Virus record (IMG/VR): IMGVR_UViG_3300035562_000032
Coordinates: 1-32,941 of that record
Length of the DNA stretch: 32,941 nt
From: a virus
Taxonomy: Duplodnaviria; Caudoviricetes
Strand: one strand, 5' to 3'
Below are positions 25,952 through 32,941 of the stretch, piece by piece. The notes below the pieces were generated by a model. It saw only the letters and a program-made list of their open reading frames with translations, did no database searches and was not told the DNA's origin. Both the position numbers and the translations under genes were made by a program. The stretch's first letter is position 1; the number at the start of each line of letters is the position of its first letter.

Positions 25952-25991
25952 CGTAGTGCCTTCTCACCCCCTTCGTGTTTCTTCGCTCCGT

Positions 25992-26009
25992 TGTCTGGTG
26001 GGTCATCCA
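25992..26009 (+). promoter_or_regulatory. Candidate Ogr-binding site of the F late promoter
   Basis: TGTCTGGTGGGTCATCCA upstream of FI. Confidence 0.6.
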
Positions 26010-26079
26010 CCGGCCATTGCGTGCGCCTGCGTAAGCCCGGCGGCAAGCTAGGCACACCACCAACAACTGGAGTCACAAT

Positions 26080-27249
26080 ATGGGTGATTATCACCACGGC
26101 GTGCGCGTCCTTGAAATCAACGACGGTACGCGCGTCATTTCCACCGTATCGACAGCCGTCGTCGGCATGGTCTGCACCGGCAAAGATGCCGACCCCAAGG
26201 TTTTCCCGCTCAACACCCCGGTATTGATTACTGATGTGATTGCCGCTGCCGGTAAGGCGGGGAAATCCGGCACGCTGGCGAACGCTTTGGCAGCTATCGG
26301 CGACCAGTGCAAACCGGTGACGGTTGTCGTGCGTGTCGAAGAGGGTAAAGACGCCGCGGAAACCACGTCGAACATCATCGGCGGTGCGGATGAAAACGGC
26401 CGCTATACCGGCCTGAAAGCCTTGCTTACCGCACAGGCTGTTACCGGCGTGAAACCGCGCATTCTGGGCGTGCCGGGACTGGATACGCTGGAAGTGGCGA
26501 CGGCGCTGGCGGGTATTTGCCAGCAGTTACGCGCGTTCGGTTATATCAGTGCGTATGGCTGCAAAACCATTTCCGAGGCCATCGCCTGCCGCGACAATTT
26601 CAGTCAGCGTGAACTGATGCTCATCTGGCCGGATTTCCTCGCATGGGATACCACCGGCAACGTGAGCGCCACGGCCTATGCCACCGCTCGCGCGCTGGGC
26701 CTGCGCGCCAAAATCGACACGGAAACAGGCTGGCATAAAACCCTGTCTAACGTCGGCGTCAACGGTGTGACCGGCATTTCCGCCAGCGTGTTCTGGGATT
26801 TACAGGCACCCGGCACCGATGCCGACCTGCTCAATGAGGCCGGGGTCACGACGCTGGTGCGTAAAGACGGTTTCCGCTTCTGGGGTAACCGTACTTGCTC
26901 TGATGACCCGCTGTTCTTGTTTGAAAACTACACCCGCACCGCGCAAGTGTTGGCTGACACCATGGCAGAGGCGCACATGTGGGCGGTGGATAAGCCGGTC
27001 ACTGCAACGCTCATTCGCGACATTGTCGAAGGCATTAAAGCCAAATTCCGTGAGCTGAAATCGAACGGCTACATCATCGACGCCGATTGTTGGTACGACG
27101 AGTCGGCCAACGACAAAGAGACCCTGAAAGCCGGGAAGCTGTATATCGATTACGACTATACCCCGGTTCCCCCACTGGAAGACCTGACCTTGCGCCAGCG
27201 CATCACCGATAAGTATCTGGTGAATCTGGCCGCAGGCGTCAACAGCTAA
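26080..27249 (+). CDS. FI: Tail sheath protein
   Basis: YHHGVRVLEINDG, GWHKTLSN and GFRFWGNRT motifs. Confidence 0.96.
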   Translation: MGDYHHGVRVLEINDGTRVISTVSTAVVGMVCTGKDADPKVFPLNTPVLITDVIAAAGKAGKSGTLANALAAIGDQCKPVTVVVRVEEGKDAAETTSNIIGGADENGRYTGLKALLTAQAVTGVKPRILGVPGLDTLEVATALAGICQQLRAFGYISAYGCKTISEAIACRDNFSQRELMLIWPDFLAWDTTGNVSATAYATARALGLRAKIDTETGWHKTLSNVGVNGVTGISASVFWDLQAPGTDADLLNEAGVTTLVRKDGFRFWGNRTCSDDPLFLFENYTRTAQVLADTMAEAHMWAVDKPVTATLIRDIVEGIKAKFRELKSNGYIIDADCWYDESANDKETLKAGKLYIDYDYTPVPPLEDLTLRQRITDKYLVNLAAGVNS

Positions 27250-27265
27250 GAGGACGCGTTAAACC

Positions 27266-27784
27266 ATGGCACTCCCGCGCAAACTGAAGTACCTCAACCT
27301 GTTTAACGACGGCCTGAGCTATATGGGCGTGGTCAGCTCTGTGACCCTGCCGAAATTGACCCGCAAGCTGGAGAACTACCGCGGCGGTGGCATGAACGGT
27401 GCGGCCCCGGTGGATATGGGGCTGGACGATGACGCATTGAGCATGGAATGGACTGTCGGCGGCTTCCCGGATGACCAGCTTTGGGAGCAGTACGCCGCTG
27501 CCAGTGCGGCATCGGTACCGCTGCGATTTTGTGGCTCCTACCAGCGCGATGACACTGGCGACATGGTGGCCGTGGAAATCGTGATGCGTGGCCGTCACAA
27601 AGAGTTTGATTTTGGCGACCAGAAACAGGGCGAGGATACCGAGACTAAAATCTCGACCCAATGCACCTATTTCAAACTGACCGTTGACGGCAAAGAGCGT
27701 ATCGAAGTTGACACCGTCAACATGATTGAGCGCGTGAACGGCGTCGACATGCTGGAACAGCATCGCCGCAACATTGGGCTGTAA
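27266..27784 (+). CDS. FII: Tail tube protein
   Basis: MALPRKLKYLNLFNDG and YRGGGM motifs; 172 aa. Confidence 0.96.
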   Translation: MALPRKLKYLNLFNDGLSYMGVVSSVTLPKLTRKLENYRGGGMNGAAPVDMGLDDDALSMEWTVGGFPDDQLWEQYAAASAASVPLRFCGSYQRDDTGDMVAVEIVMRGRHKEFDFGDQKQGEDTETKISTQCTYFKLTVDGKERIEVDTVNMIERVNGVDMLEQHRRNIGL

Positions 27785-27847
27785 TTACCGGACGGTCAGC
27801 GACGCTGGCCGCCACTCCTCCTGACTTATTTAATTTGAGAGCGCACC

Positions 27848-28150
27848 ATGAAAAACGAAAACACCAACGCCGCCATCGAAAACCCTAACGTCGTGAAACT
27901 GGATACCCCGGTCAAACGCGGTGAAACCTTTATCGATACGGTCACTCTGACAAAACCGAATGCGGGAACCCTGCGCGGCGTGGGTCTGGCCTCGCTGGCA
28001 AACTCTGACGTTGATGCGCTGATTAAGGTGCTGCCGCGCATGACGTACCCGGCATTGACCGAGAGCGAAGTCACTGCGCTGGAGTTACCTGACCTTGTGG
28101 CGCTGGCCGGGAAGGTTATCGGTTTTTTGGCACCGAGTTCGGCACAGTAG
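27848..28150 (+). CDS. E: Tail assembly chaperone E
   Basis: LDTPVKRG, KPNAGTLRG and LIKVLPR motifs. Confidence 0.92.
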   Translation: MKNENTNAAIENPNVVKLDTPVKRGETFIDTVTLTKPNAGTLRGVGLASLANSDVDALIKVLPRMTYPALTESEVTALELPDLVALAGKVIGFLAPSSAQ

Positions 28151-28302
28151 ATTTCCCGGCTGGCTTGTCGGTTGATGACCTGATGGCGGATATCGCGACG
28201 ATTTTTCACTGGCCGCCGTCAGAGCTTTACCCGATGACCCCGCAAGAACTCCTCAACTGGCGCGACAAAGCGCTCCAACGAAGCGGACAAACGAATGAGT
28301 AA
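28126..28302 (+). CDS. E': E' extension of the E+E' product made by -1 programmed frameshift
   Basis: Slippery TTTTTTG at 28123-28129; the -1 frame reads ...VDDLMADIATIFHWPPSELYPM...WRDKALQRSG to TAA at 28302. Confidence 0.88.
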   Translation, partial: FGTEFGTVDFPAGLSVDDLMADIATIFHWPPSELYPMTPQELLNWRDKALQRSGQTNE

Positions 28303-30742
28303 CAACGTCAAGTTGCAGGTGCTACTCAAAGCCGTTGACCAAGCGACCCGCCCGTTTAAAAGCATCCAGACAGCGAGTAAATCGCTGTCTGCCGAAATCC
28401 GCGACACCCGGCAGAACCTGAAAGAATTGAACGCGCAGGCCGGGCGCGTCGAGGGATTCCGCAAATCGAGCGCGCAGCTTGCCGTCACCGGTCAGGCGCT
28501 GGCAAAGGCTAAGCAGGAGGCCGCCGCGCTGGCGGTGCAGTTCAAAAACACCGAGAAGCCGACTCGCGCACAGGCGCAATTGATGGACGCGGCCAAGCGC
28601 TCGGCCGCCGAGCTGCAACTCAAATACAACGGGTTGCGCCAGTCGGTACAGCGTCAGCGCCAAGAGCTGGCACAGGCTGGGATTAATACCCGCACCCTGG
28701 CCGCCGACGAGCGCCGCCTTAAATCGTCCCTGAGTGAAACCACTAACCAGCTTAACCGCCAGCGTGAGGCGTTATCTCGCGTCAGCCAACAGCAGGCCAA
28801 ACTCAGCGCAGTGAGCCAGCGTCATCAGGCCGGGAAGCAATTGGCGGGCAGTGTAGCCGGTGCGGGTGCGGCGGGTGTAGGGGTAGCGACAGTGGGGGGC
28901 TTTACTGCAAAAAAACTCCTGACGCCGGGGTATGATTTTGCGCAAAAAAACTCAGAGTTGCAGGCTGTACTCGGTGTGGCAAAAGACTCGGCTGACATGG
29001 TGGCACTCCGCACGCAGGCGCGGGAGCTTGGTGATAACACGGCCGCATCCGCCGATGACGCGGCCGGGGCGCAAATCATTATTGCCAAAGCGGGTGGCGA
29101 CAAAGACGCCATTACCGCCGCAACGCCGGTCACGCTCAATATGGCGCTGGCGAACCGTAAAACCATGGAGGAAAACGCCACCCTGCTGATGGGGGTAAAG
29201 TCGGCTTTCGGACTGACAAACGACAAGGTCGCGCACATTGGTGACGTGATTTCTCAGACCATGAACAAGAGCGCCGCTAACTTTGAGGGCCTCAGTGACA
29301 CCCTGACCTATGCCGCACCGGTAGCGAAAAATGCCGGTATCAGTGTTGAAGAGACAGCCGCCATTGCCGGTGCGTTGGCCGATGCCAAAATCACCGGCTC
29401 CATGGCCGGTACGGGCAGTCGGGCGGTGATTACCCGATTACAGGCTCCAATGGGGAAAGCCAAGGATGCGCTGGGGGAGCTGGGCGTCAAGACCGCTGAC
29501 CGCAAAGGCAATATGCGGCCGCTGTTCAGCATCCTGAAAGAGATGCAAAAGAGCTTCGATAAAAACAAGCTCGGCACCGCTCAACGCGCGGAGTACATGA
29601 AGGTCATCTTCGGTGAGGAGGCATCGTCAGCCGCCGCTGTGCTGATGGGGGACGCTGCATCCGGCAAGCTTGACCGCCTGACCAAATTGCTCCAGGAGTC
29701 TGACGGCAAGACTGCTGAGCTGGTCAAAATCATGCAGGACAATCTGGGCGGGGACTTGAAAGAACTCCAGTCTGCATATGAGGCCATTGGTATCGACCTG
29801 TATGACCAACTGGAAACGCCATTTCGTGAGCTGACAAATCGGGCGACAAAGTTCCTGCTAAAAATAGACCTTTGGATCAAGAACAACAAAGAGCTTGCCG
29901 GAACGCTGGCGAAAGTTGCGCTCGGCGGCCTTGCGATTGTCGGCACGCTGGGGGCGATTGGCTTGGCATCGTGGCCGGTCATCATGGGGATTAACGGCAT
30001 CATTGCGGTCGCTGGCGTTATGGGGACGGCTTTTAGTATTGCGGGAGGTGCCATCATGGCGACACTCGGTGCGCTGACATGGCCGATTGTGGCAGTGGGT
30101 GCTGCCATCGTGGCCGGGGCATTGTTGATTCGCAAATACTGGCAACCTATCAGCGCCTTTTTTGGTGGCGTGGTTGAGGGGTTAAAAGCCGCCTTTGCAC
30201 CCATTAGCGATATGTTTTCCCCTTTGAAACCTATGTTTGATGCTCTCGGAAAGTGGCTTAAGGATGCGTGGCAATGGTTCACTGACCTGATTGCGCCGGT
30301 AAAAGCCAGCAAGGAAACACTCGACAGTTGTAAAAATGCCGGGGTGGAGTTTGGGCGGGCATTGGCTGATGTGTTGACCGCGCCAATCCGACTTTTTAAT
30401 ACCCTCGGTGAGGGACTTGATTCAATTCTGAAAAAGCTTGGTCTCGTAAAAAGTGAAACGTCCGATATTGACGTCAAGGCGGAGAAAATGAACCCCTACG
30501 CCAACGGCGCTAATGGTCGCGGCTATTCCCCGTCTGGCGGCCTGTTGACGGGTGGCTATGTGCCGGTTACGGCCGGGGGTGGGAAAGCCTTTGTCGATAA
30601 CAGCGTCAATAATTTCCACGTCGGCAGCCAGCACCCCGGCGGCACCAGCGCAGCAGAAACCAAACGGATGTTGCTGGAAGTGGTGGAAGAGCGGGAGCGC
30701 AAACGCCGTGCTGCACAGCGCTCAAATATGGCGACGGATTAA
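28295..30742 (+). CDS. T: Tail tape measure protein
   Basis: LKAVDQATRPF N-terminus, Ala-rich helical body, DNLGGDL motif; 815 aa. Confidence 0.94.
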   Translation: MSNNVKLQVLLKAVDQATRPFKSIQTASKSLSAEIRDTRQNLKELNAQAGRVEGFRKSSAQLAVTGQALAKAKQEAAALAVQFKNTEKPTRAQAQLMDAAKRSAAELQLKYNGLRQSVQRQRQELAQAGINTRTLAADERRLKSSLSETTNQLNRQREALSRVSQQQAKLSAVSQRHQAGKQLAGSVAGAGAAGVGVATVGGFTAKKLLTPGYDFAQKNSELQAVLGVAKDSADMVALRTQARELGDNTAASADDAAGAQIIIAKAGGDKDAITAATPVTLNMALANRKTMEENATLLMGVKSAFGLTNDKVAHIGDVISQTMNKSAANFEGLSDTLTYAAPVAKNAGISVEETAAIAGALADAKITGSMAGTGSRAVITRLQAPMGKAKDALGELGVKTADRKGNMRPLFSILKEMQKSFDKNKLGTAQRAEYMKVIFGEEASSAAAVLMGDAASGKLDRLTKLLQESDGKTAELVKIMQDNLGGDLKELQSAYEAIGIDLYDQLETPFRELTNRATKFLLKIDLWIKNNKELAGTLAKVALGGLAIVGTLGAIGLASWPVIMGINGIIAVAGVMGTAFSIAGGAIMATLGALTWPIVAVGAAIVAGALLIRKYWQPISAFFGGVVEGLKAAFAPISDMFSPLKPMFDALGKWLKDAWQWFTDLIAPVKASKETLDSCKNAGVEFGRALADVLTAPIRLFNTLGEGLDSILKKLGLVKSETSDIDVKAEKMNPYANGANGRGYSPSGGLLTGGYVPVTAGGGKAFVDNSVNNFHVGSQHPGGTSAAETKRMLLEVVEERERKRRAAQRSNMATD

Positions 30743-30755
30743 GGAGGGTGTGCTG

Positions 30756-31241
30756 ATGATGTTAATTCTTGGGCTGTTTGTATTCCAGTTGCAGACCGTG
30801 CCCTATCAAACGCTGGCGCGTTCGGTGGATTATCGCTGGCCGTCAAACAGCCGCGTCGGCCAGCGGCCGGCTCTGCAATTTCTCGGCGTCAATGAGGAGA
30901 AAATCACGCTATCCGGCGTCCTGCTACCGGAAATTACCGGCGGTAAAATTTCGATGCAGTTGCTAAACGCGATGGCTGACGAGGGTAAAGCGTGGCCGCT
31001 GCTGGAAGGCGCCGGCACCATTTACGGTATGTTTGTTGTGAACAGCGTCAACGAAACCCGCACGGAGTTTTTCTCCACCGGCAGCGCCCGGCGCATAGAG
31101 TTCACGCTCACGCTCACTCGCGTGGATGAGTCCTTTACGGCGATGTACGGTGATTTGCAGGCGCAAGCGGAGGGGATGCTCGGTCAAATGAGCGAATGGA
31201 CAGCCAAGGCCGGAAACATGGCGGGAGGGCTGCTCCAATGA
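30756..31241 (+). CDS. U: Tail protein U
   Basis: MMLILGLFVF.LQT.PYQ, ITLSGVLLPE and IEFTLTL motifs; AGGAGG RBS. Confidence 0.92.
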   Translation: MMLILGLFVFQLQTVPYQTLARSVDYRWPSNSRVGQRPALQFLGVNEEKITLSGVLLPEITGGKISMQLLNAMADEGKAWPLLEGAGTIYGMFVVNSVNETRTEFFSTGSARRIEFTLTLTRVDESFTAMYGDLQAQAEGMLGQMSEWTAKAGNMAGGLLQ

Positions 31242-32407
31242 TTACCGGGATGACATTAGATGCCGGGGCAACCATTACCCCGGCGTTTATGCTCAAAATG
31301 GGCGACAAGGATATCACTCATAATGTCAGTGACCGCCTGCTCTCGCTGACACTGTCGGACAATCGCGGATTTGACGCCGACCAGCTCGATATTGAGCTGG
31401 ATGACGCCGACGGACAGGTCATTATGCCTAACCGGGGCGCAGTGCTGACGCTCCACCTTGGCTGGCAAAATGCGCCACTGTTCAATAAGGGCAATTTTAC
31501 TGTTGACGAGATAGAGCACCGGGGCGCGCCAGACACGCTGACGATTCGGGCCCGTTCTGCTGATTTTCGCGGTTCGCTCAATGCACGCCGGGAGGAGTCC
31601 TATCACGACACCACGCTCAGCGCGGTGATTAGCAAAATTGCCGAGAGGAACAAGCTGACGGCCAGTGTCGCGAAAGGATTGGCCGAGATTAAAGTCCCGC
31701 ATATCGACCAGTCGCAAGAGTCTGATGCCAAGTTCCTGACGCGCCTCGCCACCCGTAACGGCGCGGAGGTCTCGATAAAAGCCGGGAGGCTGTTATTTAT
31801 CCGGGCCGGGAATGGCGTGACCGCCAGCGGCAAGCCTATCCCGCAGATGACGATTGAACGCCGAGACGGTGACGGGCACCAGTTTGCTATTGCAGACCGG
31901 GCGGCCTATACGGGCGTTACGGCTAAATGGTTGCACACCAAAGACCCTAAGCCACAAAAACAGCAGGTGAAACTCAAGCGCAAACCGAAGCCGCAGCACC
32001 TGCGTGCGCTGCAACACCCAAAGGCAAAGCCGGTGGCGGTCAAGAAGGCAGCGAGCAAACCGAAAGAGGCGCGGGAAGGCGAATACATGACCGGCGAGGC
32101 CGACAATGTGTTTGCTATCACCACGGTTTACGCCAGCAAGGCGCAGGCGATGCGCGCCGCACTGGCGAAGTGGGACAAATTGCAACGCGGTGTTGCGGAG
32201 TTTTCTATCAACCTTGCCATGGGGCGAGCGGATTTATTCCCAGAAACGCCGGTAGCGGTGAGAGGGTTTAAGCGCGTCATAGACGAGCAGGCGTGGACAA
32301 TCACTAAGGTGACCCATTCACTCAGCAATAGCGGCTATACGACGGCGTTAGAGCTTGAGGTTAGGCTTTCGGATGTGGAGTATGAGGAGGAAAGTAAACA
32401 AGACTGA
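31238..32407 (+). CDS. D: Late control/baseplate hub protein D
   Basis: DNRGFDADQL, HRGAPD, HIDQSQESD and LFPETP motifs. Confidence 0.93.
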   Translation: MITGMTLDAGATITPAFMLKMGDKDITHNVSDRLLSLTLSDNRGFDADQLDIELDDADGQVIMPNRGAVLTLHLGWQNAPLFNKGNFTVDEIEHRGAPDTLTIRARSADFRGSLNARREESYHDTTLSAVISKIAERNKLTASVAKGLAEIKVPHIDQSQESDAKFLTRLATRNGAEVSIKAGRLLFIRAGNGVTASGKPIPQMTIERRDGDGHQFAIADRAAYTGVTAKWLHTKDPKPQKQQVKLKRKPKPQHLRALQHPKAKPVAVKKAASKPKEAREGEYMTGEADNVFAITTVYASKAQAMRAALAKWDKLQRGVAEFSINLAMGRADLFPETPVAVRGFKRVIDEQAWTITKVTHSLSNSGYTTALELEVRLSDVEYEEESKQD

Positions 32408-32486
32408 ATGATTAATAATTAATTGATATTAAAGGGAAAAAGACTAAAATCACTTTATCAATGTTGAATGGTGGAGGTGATAAATT

Positions 32487-32705
32487 ATGTTTCATTGCAA
32501 TATCTGCGGAACTGCTGCACATGCTCGTTCAAGTCGTTATCTCAGCGAGAACACCAAGGAGCGTTATCACCAGTGTCAGAACATCAATTGCAGTCATACA
32601 TTTGTCACCATGGAAACCATTGAACGTACCATTGTGAAACCCGGCCATGTGGTGCCGGTGATGCCTCACCCGACCCATTACGGCCAGCAAAGCATGTTGA
32701 TGTAG
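32487..32705 (+). CDS. ogr: Late gene activator Ogr (C4 zinc finger)
   Basis: MFHCNICGTAAHARSS...ERYHQCQNINCSHTF; 72 aa; GGAGG RBS. Confidence 0.95.
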   Translation: MFHCNICGTAAHARSSRYLSENTKERYHQCQNINCSHTFVTMETIERTIVKPGHVVPVMPHPTHYGQQSMLM

Positions 32706-32716
32706 CTAAAACGAAG

Positions 32717-32742
32717 AATCCCCGGAAATCCGGGGATTTTTT
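32717..32742 (+). terminator. Intrinsic terminator after ogr
   Basis: AATCCCCGGA-AA-TCCGGGGATT followed by TTTT. Confidence 0.85.
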
Positions 32743-32747
32743 CGAAG

Positions 32748-32767
32748 TGTGGTCAATGCGTGGACGC
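32748..32767 (+). promoter_or_regulatory. Second pair of integrase arm-type sites
   Basis: TGTGGTCA and CGTGGACG with the same 11-bp spacing as the pair at 398/409. Confidence 0.65.
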
Positions 32768-32814
32768 GATGTGAAATAAATCCTTTTATTTCAAATGACT
32801 AAGATATCTTTACT

Positions 32815-32941
32815 AGGCCGCCTCGGCGGCCTTTTTGTTGCCTTGAATATCAGTGCTGTCTATATAAAACAGGTGGTTAAGTTGCGCTACAGACAACTAC
32901 AACCCCTAGAAAACTATCCATGTGTGGACGCTATGTGGACG
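32815..32941 (+). repeat. Right junction, attP-like: second copy of the 127-bp repeat, running off the window
   Basis: Identical to 290..416, including the terminator/core and the phage arm sites. Confidence 0.9.

Larger units (their letters stand above)
290..32814. mobile_element. P2-like prophage, apparently intact, 32,525 bp unit
   Basis: Full P2 gene set in P2 order, plus cos, ori, and a direct repeat at both ends (290..416 = 32815..32941). Confidence 0.96.

Noticed and set aside
29581-30477. 298-aa antisense ORF inside the tape measure gene
   Set aside because: Shadow ORF from codon bias on the opposite strand of T; no RBS or recognisable motifs.
31940-32080. Lys/Pro-rich insertion in D (and the basic tail of M)
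   Set aside because: Such segments are common in P2/186-family D and M proteins.
32416-32428. IHF-consensus match (TATCAATTAATTA on the minus strand) upstream of ogr
   Set aside because: A degenerate consensus in very AT-rich DNA, ~390 bp from the att core; may be chance.
1-32941. tRNA, rRNA, CRISPR array, IS element, DNA invertase, reverse transcriptase
   Set aside because: No supporting motifs or repeat-spacer structure seen on either strand.

Overview
The window holds a complete P2-like (Peduovirus-type) prophage with a unit length of 32,525 bp (290..32814). It is integrated at the intrinsic terminator just downstream of a host phoH gene in an enterobacterial chromosome. Gene order is canonical: int, C, cox, early genes, B, A with ori, then cos, Q-P, O-N-M-L-X, lysis genes, R-S, V-W-J-I, the tail-fibre region, FI-FII-E(E')-T-U-D and ogr. 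Three departures stand out. (1) The accessory hotspot between A and cos carries an AT-rich, translationally coupled operon: a PP2C phosphatase, a Ser/Thr kinase with an FHA-like tail, and a Ser/Thr kinase with a cold-shock domain. This is a kinase-kinase-phosphatase (KKP-like) module, probably for defence or lysogeny control; the second kinase has Ser in place of the invariant alphaC Glu. (2) The receptor-binding region is rebuilt: an SGNH/SASA-esterase tailspike and a lectin-like gene lie between I and a short H, and there is no G. (3) The right end looks like attP rather than attR: 127 bp identical to the left junction, including phage arm sites, runs to the window edge, implying a tandem copy or an assembly of excised circles. 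All assignments come from motif recognition and synteny; no database searches were run.
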